64,000 bases of DNA from Melioribacteraceae bacterium. GTDB taxonomy: Bacteria > Bacteroidota > Ignavibacteria > Ignavibacteriales > Melioribacteraceae. The position numbers and the translations under genes are program-made. Position 1 is the stretch's first letter; each line of letters begins with the position of its first letter. Where the stretch lies: assembly GCA_035362835.1 (NCBI GenBank), contig DAOSDY010000004.1, positions 113,836-177,835 on the forward strand. The letters are read 5' to 3'. Positions 27,512 through 37,428 of this stretch are shown one piece after another. The notes beneath the pieces are model-generated. The model had not been told where the DNA came from and did not search any database. It saw only the letters and a program-made list of their open reading frames with translations.

Positions 27512-29321
27512 TTTTTTGTTTGTAATGATTATAAATCAATTCTGCTTTGGATTTCCCTGCAACCTTGGAAAGTTCTTCAAGAGGTGCAATCTTTATATTG
27601 TCGATCCCTTTGAAATGTGAGAGCAGTTTTTCCGCAACTTTATTCCCGATTCCTTTTATCTCCAGTAATTCCGAAGTAATAGTCCTTTTACTTCGCCTCT
27701 CTCGGTGGAATGTGATGGCAAAACGGTGGGCTTCATCCCGTATCTGCTGAAGCAGTTTTAAGCTTGAGGAAGTTTTAGGAATGGACTGAGGATCCGGATT
27801 CCCCGGCAGAAAAACCTCCTCCAGTCTCTTTGCTAATCCTATAATTTCATAATCCGGTATACCTAGCTGGTCCAGAGTTTCGATCGCGCTTGAAAGCTGT
27901 CCCTTTCCTCCGTCCACCATTATCAGCTCCGGCAGTTTTTCCTTCTCATCTATCAATCGAGAGTATCTACGGTGAATTATTTCTCTCATACTGGCAAAAT
28001 CATCTGGTCCATCTACAGTTTTTATAATAAATTTTCTATAGAGACTCTTTTTCGGCTTGCCGTCAACAAATACAACCAGACTGGCAACAGCGTCGCTCCC
28101 CTGAAGATTCGAATTATCGAAACACTCAATCCTACGCGGAAGGTTTTTAAGATGCAGATCCCTCTGAAGTGCAGATAAAGCGTAGGGAATACTCCCTTCC
28201 TTTTTCATCTTTTGAAGTTGAATCTCTTTAAGATGCAGTTCGGCATTTTGTTTGCACATCATTAATAGGGATTTCATTTCGCTCTGCTTCTGCGGAATAA
28301 TAAATCTGCCTTTCTTAATTGCCCGTGTGTTCAGCCATTCCAGTATCGATTCGGAATCTTCCGGTTCGGCTTCTATTACAATCTCCTTGGGTACTTCAAC
28401 AAATTCATCATAATAGAATTTAATTATTGCCGAATAGATCCCGGCTTCCGGCTCATTCTCTTCTGTTGAAAGAGTAAGTTGCTTCTTCCCGACCAGTTTT
28501 CCGGAACGGATGTTTAATATAGTTGCGGAGACATCTTTACCTTCATACGCCGCACTTATCACATCCCTGTCGCCTGAATCAGTTGTAACAACCTTCTGTT
28601 TCGATGAGTAAACACTCAGCTGCTCAATTCTGTCTCTTATCTCTGCCGCTTTCTCGAATTCAAGCTGTGCTGACGCGCTATTCATCTCCTCTTTCAAATC
28701 TGCGATCAGTTCGTCGGTGCGTCCACGTAGAACTTTTATAACCTGGTTTACCATTTTGTTGTAATGGATCTGGCTGACAAGTCCTTCGCACGGACCTTCA
28801 CATTTTTTTATATGATAATCGAGGCAGACCTTAAATTTTTTCTTCGCTATTGTCTCTTCATTTATATCGTATTTACAGCTTCTGATTTTGAAAATTTTAT
28901 TCATAAGTCTGAGCGAAGATTTCATATTCTTCACATCGGTGTAAGGACCGAAGTATTTTGAACCGTCCTTTACAACGTTTCTTGTAGGAAATATCCGCGG
29001 ATAGGGTTCGTTTGTAACTACAATATATGGGAATGATTTATCGTCCTTCAGATTGATATTATACCGCGGCTTTAATTCTTTTATCAGGTTGTTCTCGAGA
29101 ACAAGGGCTTCTATTTCGCTATCGGTAATTATCAGTTCAAGATCAGCTATTTTTGAAACAAGTGCACTTGTCTTGGCATTTTCTATTCTGCTCTGAAAGT
29201 AGGACCGAACCCTGTTTCTTAGGTTTTTCGCTTTACCGACATAAATTACTTTCCCTTTATCATTCTTAAACTGATAAATGCCCGGTAGTGCAGGAAGATT
29301 CTCTAATTTGTCCTGAAGCAT
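27498..29321 (-). CDS. uvrC: Excinuclease ABC subunit C
   Basis: GIY-YIG N-domain (GIYQFKN...VIYVGKAKNLRNRVRSYF), UVR motif, endonuclease V-like domain and C-terminal (HhH)2. Confidence 0.96.
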   Translation of the reverse strand: MLQDKLENLPALPGIYQFKNDKGKVIYVGKAKNLRNRVRSYFQSRIENAKTSALVSKIADLELIITDSEIEALVLENNLIKELKPRYNINLKDDKSFPYIVVTNEPYPRIFPTRNVVKDGSKYFGPYTDVKNMKSSLRLMNKIFKIRSCKYDINEETIAKKKFKVCLDYHIKKCEGPCEGLVSQIHYNKMVNQVIKVLRGRTDELIADLKEEMNSASAQLEFEKAAEIRDRIEQLSVYSSKQKVVTTDSGDRDVISAAYEGKDVSATILNIRSGKLVGKKQLTLSTEENEPEAGIYSAIIKFYYDEFVEVPKEIVIEAEPEDSESILEWLNTRAIKKGRFIIPQKQSEMKSLLMMCKQNAELHLKEIQLQKMKKEGSIPYALSALQRDLHLKNLPRRIECFDNSNLQGSDAVASLVVFVDGKPKKSLYRKFIIKTVDGPDDFASMREIIHRRYSRLIDEKEKLPELIMVDGGKGQLSSAIETLDQLGIPDYEIIGLAKRLEEVFLPGNPDPQSIPKTSSSLKLLQQIRDEAHRFAITFHRERRSKRTITSELLEIKGIGNKVAEKLLSHFKGIDNIKIAPLEELSKVAGKSKAELIYNHYKQKSQDT

Positions 29322-29372
29322 AGAAATATTTGCTAATGTATTTGTGTCTGAAATTTATATCAAATCGGAATT

Positions 29373-29394
29373 AAAAACCCCTCCGGGAGAGGGG
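29373..29394 (-). terminator. Intrinsic terminator of glgC
   Basis: CCCCTC (29378-83) / GAGGGG (29389-94) with a 5-nt loop. The A-run 29373-77 gives a U-run on the minus strand, immediately downstream of the glgC stop. Confidence 0.65.
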
Positions 29395-29406
29395 TTTGTG
29401 AGTGCT

Positions 29407-30645
29407 TTATTTAAATATATAATTTTTGGGGATCACAACAATTCCTGTCTCAGAAACCGTGAACCTTTTCTTATCGGCTTCCGGATCAAAACCGATCTCG
29501 GTTGCTTCGGGTATAACAACGTTTTTGTCAATAATCGCTCTTCTTATTCTCGCGTGCCTGCCGATCTTACAATTATCCATTATTATCGAATCGGTAACGT
29601 ACGAATAACTGTTAACTCTAACGTTGAAGCCGACTATTGATCTTTCAACAAGGCCTCCGGAAATTATTGTACCGTCGGAAATTGCAGAATTAAAAGCTCT
29701 ACCCACTCTTTCACCTTCATGCGATACTGTTTTGGTCGGCGGGAATTGCCTTTGCTGGGTTCTTAAAGGCCAATCGAAATCATATAGGTTGAAATGTGGA
29801 TCAATGCTTATCAGATCCATACTGGCAGCATAGTAACTGTCGATTGTTCCTACATCCACCCAGTATGGTTCATCCTTCTTATTTTCATCTACAAAACGGT
29901 ATGCCTGAACCTTGTAATTATTTTTAAGCATATAGGGAATAACATCTTTTCCGAAGTCGTGATTATGAATTTTTTCCTGATCGGTTTTTTGAAAAACTTC
30001 CTTTAGTGCACTTACATTGAAAACATAAATTCCCATATTAACAAATGAAAAAGCATCTTTGCCCGGAATTGATGGGGGATTCTTGGGTTTTTCAATGAAC
30101 GAGTTAACTTTGTAGCTATCGTCAATTTCGATAACACCGAATCGGTTAGCAGTGCTTTTGGGGACTTCAATGCTGGAAATCGTTAGCTCGGCGCCTTTTT
30201 CAAGATGATACTGAATCATCTTAAGGTAGTCCATCTTGTAAATATGGTCTCCCGAAAGGATCAGTATCCATTCATAATTTTCATCCTCCAGCAGGTTGAA
30301 ATTCTGTTGAATAGCATTGGCTGTGCCAAGATACCAGTTATTACTCGTTTTGAATTGCGGAGGAATTGAATAGATAAATTCACCTAATTCCGGATTGAAT
30401 ATATTCCAGGCTTCGTAAAGGTGACGGTTAAGTGAATCGGATTTGTATTGAGTTAGTACAAAAATTTTTCTGAAACCTGAGTTAAGACAGTTTGATAACG
30501 TAAAATCGATTATTCTGTATTTCCCTCCGAATGGTACAGATGGTTTCGTCCTGAATTTTGTAAGAGGGAATAATCGTTCTCCCTGTCCTCCGGCTAAAAC
30601 CATTATCAATGTTTTGCGAAGTATCGTCGATCCAGTATAAGCCAT
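29407..30645 (-). CDS. glgC: Glucose-1-phosphate adenylyltransferase
   Basis: LAGGQGERLFPLTKFRTKPSVPFGGKYRIIDFTLSNCLNSG motif. ATG 30645 has GAGG 8 nt upstream. The TTG at 30657 in the ORF track contains that SD and is rejected. Confidence 0.93.
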   Translation of the reverse strand: MAYTGSTILRKTLIMVLAGGQGERLFPLTKFRTKPSVPFGGKYRIIDFTLSNCLNSGFRKIFVLTQYKSDSLNRHLYEAWNIFNPELGEFIYSIPPQFKTSNNWYLGTANAIQQNFNLLEDENYEWILILSGDHIYKMDYLKMIQYHLEKGAELTISSIEVPKSTANRFGVIEIDDSYKVNSFIEKPKNPPSIPGKDAFSFVNMGIYVFNVSALKEVFQKTDQEKIHNHDFGKDVIPYMLKNNYKVQAYRFVDENKKDEPYWVDVGTIDSYYAASMDLISIDPHFNLYDFDWPLRTQQRQFPPTKTVSHEGERVGRAFNSAISDGTIISGGLVERSIVGFNVRVNSYSYVTDSIIMDNCKIGRHARIRRAIIDKNVVIPEATEIGFDPEADKKRFTVSETGIVVIPKNYIFK

Positions 30646-30753
30646 TTCGAACCTCAACTATTTTGTTCAAAATATATCTAATTAAGAATTGATTGGCAAT
30701 CGTTGAAATTGTTAACTTTGAGTTAACTATTCGACAATTCATCTTCTTTTCTT

Positions 30754-32457
30754 ATGCGTATCAAAAGAAAAACATTTTTTCTCGCATTAACCGGAATAAT
30801 TTTATTCTCTATTGCCGCTTACTTTCTATTTCGCTTATATGATCAATTCAGTTTCATTGCTGAAAATGAAAAGCATATCGGAATTTTAATGGATCTTAAA
30901 GAGATCGATTCTGAGTTTATTGAAGAATACAATGATAGTTCGCAGCATAAACTTGATGTTCTGCATTACAATATTAAAATTGAACTACTCCCCGAAACCG
31001 GGACCATTAAAGGTGATGTGACTCTTACTCTTACTTCAAATCCTTACGACCGGCAGAACCTTATACTTAACTTTTACGACAATCTTAAGATCAATTCCGT
31101 TTTCCTGAACAACCGTCCTGCTAAATATTCCAGATCCGAAACAAGCATATCGATTGAAAAAGGCGAGTATGTTACCGACACTTCATTTGTCCGGATTAAG
31201 TATGAAGGGAAACCCAAAAGCCTCGGATTCGGTTCGTTCAAATTTGACGATATGAACGGAAGCAAATTGATCTATACTCTTAATGAACCTGTCTTTGCCT
31301 CCACCTGGTTCCCCTGTATCGACCGGCCGGATGATAAGGCTCTTGCGGATATCTATATTACTAACGACTCTTCTTTCGTATCTCTTTCGAACGGCAGATT
31401 AAAAGGTATTTCAGTTGATAAAGATAAAAGGACTTATCACTGGAAACTGTTCTACCCGATTTCCACTTACCTTATCGCTCTCTATTCCGGTAATTATAAG
31501 ACTTATTCAGATAAATTTATTTCCGCCGGCGGCGATACTGTGGATCTTTTCTGCTATGCCCTTCCGGATAAGTTTGAAGATGCAGTACGAGATTTTTCCG
31601 ATCACAAAAAATACCTTGAAGTTTTTGAGGAACTGTTCGGAGTCTATCCTTTTCCCAAAGAGAAATATTCTATTGCCCAGTTCAACTGGGTTTACGGTGC
31701 CATGGAACATCAGACAATAACCGGGCTTGGAACAGATTTCATCTCGGGCAGGAAATTATTCAGAGACATGATCATTCATGAACTGGCTCATCAATGGTGG
31801 GGGAATGCTGTAGGTCCTGCAACCTGGCGGGATATTTGGCTCAACGAAGGATTCTCAACTTACTCCGAAGCTCTCTACTGGGAAAGGACAATCGGTGCCG
31901 ATGCTTTAAGAACAACGCTTGCCGCCAAATTCGGAACCTTCAGGCGCGGAAATCTACATAATCCCGATAACCACCTTTTTAGCTCCCTTGTATACGATAA
32001 AGGGGCCTGGGTCCTTCATATGCTCAGGAAAGAAACGGGTGATTCAACTTTTTTTAAAATCCTCAGAAACTATTATCAGCGGTATAAGTATAAAAATGCG
32101 TCTACCGGGGATTTTAAGAAAATTGCCGAGGAAGTCTCTGGGAAAAACCTAAAACAATTTTTCGACCAGTGGGTATTCACAGGAGAGGGAATTATCGAAG
32201 CCGGTTACAGTTACCGGGTGGAAAAATCTGACGGAAAATTCAAAACAATTATATCGATTAAACAGTTACAAAATGGTTACGATATTTATAAATTTCCGGT
32301 TGATATTAAACTTGTATTCGATAACGGCGAACAAATTGAAAAATTTAACATATCCCGGAAAGATCAGGAATTGATAATATTAAATGATTCGGAACCCCGG
32401 GACGTGATTATCGATCCGGATAAATGGCTCCTTGCTACATTCGAATTATTAAAATAG
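30754..32457 (+). CDS. M1 family (aminopeptidase N-like) metallopeptidase with N-terminal membrane anchor
   Basis: HELAHQWWGN zinc motif followed by NEGFSTY. GAMEH-type exopeptidase motif (GAMEHQT). Confidence 0.9.
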   Translation: MRIKRKTFFLALTGIILFSIAAYFLFRLYDQFSFIAENEKHIGILMDLKEIDSEFIEEYNDSSQHKLDVLHYNIKIELLPETGTIKGDVTLTLTSNPYDRQNLILNFYDNLKINSVFLNNRPAKYSRSETSISIEKGEYVTDTSFVRIKYEGKPKSLGFGSFKFDDMNGSKLIYTLNEPVFASTWFPCIDRPDDKALADIYITNDSSFVSLSNGRLKGISVDKDKRTYHWKLFYPISTYLIALYSGNYKTYSDKFISAGGDTVDLFCYALPDKFEDAVRDFSDHKKYLEVFEELFGVYPFPKEKYSIAQFNWVYGAMEHQTITGLGTDFISGRKLFRDMIIHELAHQWWGNAVGPATWRDIWLNEGFSTYSEALYWERTIGADALRTTLAAKFGTFRRGNLHNPDNHLFSSLVYDKGAWVLHMLRKETGDSTFFKILRNYYQRYKYKNASTGDFKKIAEEVSGKNLKQFFDQWVFTGEGIIEAGYSYRVEKSDGKFKTIISIKQLQNGYDIYKFPVDIKLVFDNGEQIEKFNISRKDQELIILNDSEPRDVIIDPDKWLLATFELLK

Positions 32458-32462
32458 AATTT

Positions 32463-33191
32463 ATGAAAGAGAAACAGACATATTTTTTTATCTCGGATAT
32501 CCATCTTGGATTAAATAACCGGGAGATAGAAAAGGAGAAGGAGAAGCTCCTTGTCTCATTCATCCATTATGCCGCAAAAAACTGCGATCATCTCTATATT
32601 GTCGGCGATCTGTTCGATTACTGGTTTGAATATAAAACCGTAATTCAGAAAGGATTTTTCAAGACGCTCGCGGCTTTAACCGAACTCGCTGAATCCGGTG
32701 TTAAGATCCATTACTTCATCGGGAATCATGATTTCCTTCACAGGGATTTTTTCGAAAAGGAGATCGGAGCAGTGATGTATCATGATGCGGTTGATGTGGT
32801 CCTGAACGGTAAACGTTTTTTCATCGGTCACGGAGACGGACTGGTGAAGAATGATACCGGGTATAAAATTTTAAAGAAGATTTTAAGGAACCGGTTTTTG
32901 CAAAAAATTTATTCCGCGGTTCATCCGGATATCGGTGTAAGTATTGCAAGTTCAACTAGCAGAAAGAGCAGGGATTATACGGCACAAAAGGATTATGGCA
33001 CAGGTGATGGATTGAAGGAAACTGCCAGAATCAAATTGAATTCCGACTACGATTATGTAATCTTCGGACATTCACACCTGCGTGCAAATGAAAAATTTAA
33101 TAACGGATTTTACATTAACCTCGGAAGCTGGCTCGATTCTCCCTGTTATGGAAAATTTGTAGAATCTTTCGAGATTATCGACTGGAAATAA
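32463..33191 (+). CDS. lpxH: UDP-2,3-diacylglucosamine diphosphatase (LpxH-like calcineurin-fold phosphoesterase)
   Basis: FISDIHLG, GDLFDYWFEY, GNHDF and GHGD motifs. ATG 32463 is preferred over 32424, which overlaps the upstream gene. Confidence 0.8.
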   Translation: MKEKQTYFFISDIHLGLNNREIEKEKEKLLVSFIHYAAKNCDHLYIVGDLFDYWFEYKTVIQKGFFKTLAALTELAESGVKIHYFIGNHDFLHRDFFEKEIGAVMYHDAVDVVLNGKRFFIGHGDGLVKNDTGYKILKKILRNRFLQKIYSAVHPDIGVSIASSTSRKSRDYTAQKDYGTGDGLKETARIKLNSDYDYVIFGHSHLRANEKFNNGFYINLGSWLDSPCYGKFVESFEIIDWK

Positions 33192-33192
33192 T

Positions 33193-35484
33193 ATGAACAA
33201 TCAGGCTCATAATTCTAAAGCTCCCTTAAAAAAGAAGAAAAGGAAATCCTGGCGTTATATTTTCCTCTTCATCGGTTTTATTTTAATTGCTGCCTCTATA
33301 CTATTTATGCGTTATATTTTCGACGGCCTTCCTTCTCTGGAACAACTTGAAAATCCGCGCCAGCAATTAGCCAGCAACGTTTATAGCATCGACGGCGAAC
33401 TGATAGGACAGTTCTTCAATGAAAACAGGGTGGAAGTAAGCGTAGACAGCATTCCGCAGCATGTTATTAATGCGTTGATTGCTACGGAGGATAAAAAGTT
33501 CTATAGTCACTGGGGCGTGGATGTAGAACGTTTTATTAAGGCGATGTTTAAAACGGTTTTCTTATTTAAAAGGGAAGGCGCAAGCACAATTACACAGCAG
33601 CTTGCAAAAAACCTTTATAAACTGAAATCCCGTAACGAAACTTCCGCTGGTACTGTCGTTAGAAAAATTCAGGAATGGATTACCGCTATCCAGATCGAGA
33701 AAACTTATACTAAGAGAGAAATTCTCGAGATGTATTTCAATATCTCTTGGTTTGGCCATAGTGCTTATGGTATAAGTATGGCATCCAAAGTCTACTTCGA
33801 TAAGAGTGTTAAAGATCTTACGGTATCCGATGCCGGTGTTCTTGTTGCCCTCCTTAAATCCGCTGTAATATATGACCCTTTCAATAAATATGATAATGCG
33901 TTTAGAAGAAGAAATCTTGTTCTGTTCAATATGATTGAAGATGGTTTCCTGTCAAAAGAACAATACGATAAACTGAAAATTGAACCGATAAAATTATCAT
34001 ATAAAAAAATTGAAGAGGGTATAAAAGGTACTATCGCGCCTCACTTTGTAGAGTATGTCCGTCAGCAGATGACAAAACTCGCGGAAAAATACGGATACGA
34101 TCTCTATCAGGACGGATTGAATATCTATACAACTCTCGACAGCCGTATGCAGAGAATTGCTAACAAAGCAGCCGAGCTTCATCTCAATGAATTCCAGAAA
34201 CAGTTCGATAAATCATGGAACTGGAATAATTATAAAGGTGTGCTCGGAGAACTGATTGATAAATCGATTAAGCAGAGAATAGAATATAAATCGGCTTCTA
34301 CTCAGGATGAAAAGCGGATTGTCTATAACCGCCTGAGAAATAATTCTGCTTTTATTGATTCATTAAAAAAAGTCGGTGAAAAAATTGAAGTCGGTTTCGT
34401 CGCACTCGATGTTAAAACAGGTCAGATCAAAGCAATGGTTGGCGGAAGGGATCAGAAATTCTTATACGGACTCAATCACGTTACTCAAATACGCCGGCAG
34501 CCGGGATCATCATTCAAACCGGTTGTTTATTCTGTTGCTATTGATAACGGTCTTTATCCTGCCTACCCGATAATGAACCAGCCGTTCGATTATAATGGGT
34601 GGAGCCCGAGAAACTTCGATGGCAAATTTGGCGGATTTACAACTCTAAGGGATGCCCTCAAGCATTCCGTAAACGTTGTTGCGGCAAGACTTATAATTGA
34701 AGATTACGCCCCGATGTGGAAAATTATCAGATTTGCAGAGAAGATGGGTATAAAAAGTAAGCTCGAACCTTATCCTTCTATTGCCCTCGGTACATCTCTT
34801 GTTACTCCTTTGGAGATGACCTCTGCGTTTGCTACTCTGGCAAATCATGGTATTTATAACGAACCGATCTCAATACTCAAAATTGAGGATAAGGATGGGG
34901 TTCTGATCGACCGGTTTACAAATCAGACATTTGAAGCAATTCCTGAAGAAACTTCCTACATTGTTACTGATATGCTTAAATCCGCAATCGACGAAGGAAG
35001 CGGAGCCGGCGCAAGGGCCCGTTACAATTTCCAGCGGCCGGCTGCAGGTAAGACCGGTACTACACAGGATTATGCGGATGCCTGGTTCATCGGCTATACT
35101 CCTCAAATTGCTGCGGGTGCCTGGGTCGGTTTCGACGACCAGCGAATTTCCTTTACAGGTGATTACGGACAGGGTGCCAGAGCAGCTATGCCTGTCTGGG
35201 CTATCTTTATGCACGATGTATATGAACAGCTTCAGCTTCCGATGGAAGACTTTGCACCTCCGTCAAACGGAAATGTCGTTCCGGTCAGATTCTGCAGGGA
35301 ATCGATTTATGAACTGGGGGATCCGAAACTCTATTCCAATGACTGCCGTACCGGAGTATTGGTAGATATCATGAACATAAGGGATATGCCGGCATCCTTC
35401 GATGCTTTCAGGGATACAACGATGAAGATATTCGACCGTTATTCTGTTAAAGATACGTCACATGAAGCAAGAGAAATAAGGTAG
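33193..35484 (+). CDS. mrcA: Bifunctional class A penicillin-binding protein (glycosyltransferase/transpeptidase), PBP1a-like
   Basis: GT51 motifs ATEDKKFYSHWGVD and GASTITQQLAKN. Transpeptidase SSFKP and KTGTT. Confidence 0.93.
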   Translation: MNNQAHNSKAPLKKKKRKSWRYIFLFIGFILIAASILFMRYIFDGLPSLEQLENPRQQLASNVYSIDGELIGQFFNENRVEVSVDSIPQHVINALIATEDKKFYSHWGVDVERFIKAMFKTVFLFKREGASTITQQLAKNLYKLKSRNETSAGTVVRKIQEWITAIQIEKTYTKREILEMYFNISWFGHSAYGISMASKVYFDKSVKDLTVSDAGVLVALLKSAVIYDPFNKYDNAFRRRNLVLFNMIEDGFLSKEQYDKLKIEPIKLSYKKIEEGIKGTIAPHFVEYVRQQMTKLAEKYGYDLYQDGLNIYTTLDSRMQRIANKAAELHLNEFQKQFDKSWNWNNYKGVLGELIDKSIKQRIEYKSASTQDEKRIVYNRLRNNSAFIDSLKKVGEKIEVGFVALDVKTGQIKAMVGGRDQKFLYGLNHVTQIRRQPGSSFKPVVYSVAIDNGLYPAYPIMNQPFDYNGWSPRNFDGKFGGFTTLRDALKHSVNVVAARLIIEDYAPMWKIIRFAEKMGIKSKLEPYPSIALGTSLVTPLEMTSAFATLANHGIYNEPISILKIEDKDGVLIDRFTNQTFEAIPEETSYIVTDMLKSAIDEGSGAGARARYNFQRPAAGKTGTTQDYADAWFIGYTPQIAAGAWVGFDDQRISFTGDYGQGARAAMPVWAIFMHDVYEQLQLPMEDFAPPSNGNVVPVRFCRESIYELGDPKLYSNDCRTGVLVDIMNIRDMPASFDAFRDTTMKIFDRYSVKDTSHEAREIR

Positions 35485-35510
35485 TTTTTGTATCTCTTGA
35501 ATTTTGTTTA

Positions 35511-35518
35511 TAATTTTG
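35511..35518 (+). promoter_or_regulatory. Candidate FCB-type -7 promoter box (TAATTTTG) for tRNA-Leu
   Basis: Matches TAnnTTTG. A TTTG sits 20 nt upstream (35487-35490). The box ends 12 nt before the tRNA 5' end. Confidence 0.45.
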
Positions 35519-35530
35519 CACTGCTTAAAT

Positions 35531-35614
35531 GCCCGGATGGCGGAATTGGTAGACGCGCTAGCTTCAGGAGCTAGTTGTCGCAAGGCAGTGCAGGTTCGAG
35601 TCCTGTTCCGGGCA
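35531..35614 (+). tRNA. tRNA-Leu (anticodon CAG), class II with long variable arm
   Basis: Acceptor GCCCGGA / TCCGGGC. Anticodon stem CTAGC/GCTAG with loop TTCAGGA. T-arm GGTTCGAGTCC. CCA is not encoded. Confidence 0.93.
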
Positions 35615-35699
35615 CAATTCAGCATCAAGATTTTGTTCACTTGACCCTGTGACTTCTCTTCAGTTCCTTTTCAATTTTCCTTTATGAAAGAATCCTTAA

Positions 35700-36596
35700 A
35701 TGGATAAAAACAATATTACGGATTCAGATATTCAGATAGCCTATTCAAGAGCAATCCGCTTTACCAGATCCCATTACGAAAATTTTCCTGTCGTCTCTCT
35801 TTTTATTCCCGAAAAAATTAGAAAAGATGTTGCCGTGGTTTACCAGTTCGCACGTCAGGCGGATGATATTGCCGATGAACCGCTGGAATCTCTTCCGGAT
35901 AATATTTCCGGAGAAAAATTCAGAATTGAAAAACTTGGCTTATTTAAAAATGAACTTGATGCATGCCTTAAGGGGGAGTACTCGTCGGAATTCTGGGCGG
36001 CATTTCACAAAACAATCCTGACTTATCAACTCGATCCTAATAGCTTTTATGATCTGCTGAGTGCTTTTGAACAGGATGTTGTGAAAAAGAGATATACGGA
36101 TTTTAAGGAACTGCTCGATTACTGCAGGCGCTCTGCTAATCCGGTTGGCAGAATTATTCTGCAACTATTTGGAATAAAAGACAGCAATGCTTATAAATAT
36201 TCCGACGCAATTTGTACTGCCTTACAGCTTACAAATTTTTACCAGGATGCTGCAGTTGATTATGAGAAGGGAAGAATCTATATACCTTTGGATGAATTGG
36301 AGAAATTCGGTGTACTTGAAAATCTGTTTGAGTTGAAAAAAAATAATACTAATTTTATAGCGCTGTTAAAATATCAGGTCGGTAGAGCACAGAAGTTATT
36401 TGATGATGGAAGGAACCTGCTTCCGCTTCTTCCGGACCGTCTTTACAGGCAGATTCAACTGACGATTCTCGGCGGTGAAGCAATGCTGAGAAAAATTGAA
36501 AAAATAAATTATAATGTGCTTCAGTTTCGGCCAAAGCTTAATAAATTTGATCTGATCAACCTTTTAATCAGTGCATATTTAAATGGCAGAAGATAA
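35700..36596 (+). CDS. hpnC: Squalene synthase HpnC-like (hydroxysqualene to squalene step), trans-IPPS head-to-head family
   Basis: SHYENFPVVS motif typical of HpnC. Asp-rich motifs ARQADDIADE and YQDAAVD. Confidence 0.78.
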   Translation: MDKNNITDSDIQIAYSRAIRFTRSHYENFPVVSLFIPEKIRKDVAVVYQFARQADDIADEPLESLPDNISGEKFRIEKLGLFKNELDACLKGEYSSEFWAAFHKTILTYQLDPNSFYDLLSAFEQDVVKKRYTDFKELLDYCRRSANPVGRIILQLFGIKDSNAYKYSDAICTALQLTNFYQDAAVDYEKGRIYIPLDELEKFGVLENLFELKKNNTNFIALLKYQVGRAQKLFDDGRNLLPLLPDRLYRQIQLTILGGEAMLRKIEKINYNVLQFRPKLNKFDLINLLISAYLNGRR

Positions 36597-37428
36597 TTCA
36601 AAACAAATAGCGAAAGAAAGCAAAAGCAGTTTCTATTATGCTTTCAGTCTACTGTCTCCTCAGAAAAGAGATGCTATGAATGCTGTTTATGCTTTCTGCA
36701 GAAAAACTGATGATATTGTTGATGAGGATTACGGCCCTGATGACCTTAAATATGAAAGACTCCGGAAGTGGAGAATAGAATTTGAAAAATCTCTATCTGG
36801 CAAATCCGATTATCCGTTGTTAAATAAAGTCGCTGCAATTATAAAACAGTTCAACATACCTCTCGAGCATTTCTTCGAACTGATCATCGGTATGGAAATG
36901 GATCTCAAACGCAAACGCTACCTTAGCTTTGACGACCTTGTTGAATACTGTTACCGGGTTGCCTCAACTGTCGGTTTAATGTGTATAGAAATCTTCGGCT
37001 ATAAGAATAAATCGACCAGGGATTATGCCGTTAATCTGGGACTGGCAATGCAGCTTACAAATATTATCAGGGATGTGGGTAAAGATTCCGAAGCCGGAAG
37101 GATTTATATCCCGCAGCAGGATCTGAAAAGATTTTCTTATTCGGAAGACGAGCTTCTGGCTAAAAATTATAATCCGAATTTCCGTTCACTTATGACTTAT
37201 GAAGCTGAAAGGGCCAGGCATTATTTTTCCAGGGCGAATGAGTCTCTCGATTTTGAAGACAAACCTTCAATGTTTCCTGCCCGAGCTATGCAGCATATCT
37301 ATACCAACCTGCTTCAGAAAATTGAAAAATCTGATTACGATGTTCTAAATAAACGCATTAAAGTCGGCAAAGTTGAAAAAGCGGCAATATCAATCGGGGT
37401 ATGGGCTAAATACAGTCTAGTATACTAA
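36583..37428 (+). CDS. hpnD: Presqualene diphosphate synthase HpnD-like (squalene/phytoene synthase family)
   Basis: SSFYYAF motif. Asp-rich motifs RKTDDIVDE and IIRDVGKDSEAGRIY. 14-nt overlap with the upstream gene. Confidence 0.78.
   Translation: MAEDNSKQIAKESKSSFYYAFSLLSPQKRDAMNAVYAFCRKTDDIVDEDYGPDDLKYERLRKWRIEFEKSLSGKSDYPLLNKVAAIIKQFNIPLEHFFELIIGMEMDLKRKRYLSFDDLVEYCYRVASTVGLMCIEIFGYKNKSTRDYAVNLGLAMQLTNIIRDVGKDSEAGRIYIPQQDLKRFSYSEDELLAKNYNPNFRSLMTYEAERARHYFSRANESLDFEDKPSMFPARAMQHIYTNLLQKIEKSDYDVLNKRIKVGKVEKAAISIGVWAKYSLVY

Noticed and set aside
29344-29640. 98-aa + strand ORF spanning the uvrC/glgC spacer and the glgC 3' end.
   Set aside because: It overlaps the glgC terminator hairpin and the glgC coding region on the opposite strand, and shows no motif. 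Most likely spurious.
30646-30657. TTG start at 30657 for glgC. Similar upstream extensions occur at 904 (fumC), 10376 (deaminase), 32424 (lpxH), 17762 (OMP-like), 19716 (lipoprotein) and 20624 (propeller).
   Set aside because: Where an upstream motif was identified (glgC, fumC, the lipoprotein at 19809), the extension contains the Shine-Dalgarno sequence of a downstream start. The 10376 and 32424 extensions lengthen the overlap with the preceding gene. The 17762, 19716 and 20624 extensions add residues in front of a canonical signal peptide. The downstream starts fit family N-termini better.
35684-35707. 7-codon upstream ORF (MKESLNG) overlapping the hpnC start codon.
   Set aside because: It is too short, has no SD and no attenuator-like structure nearby. 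Chance occurrence is likely.
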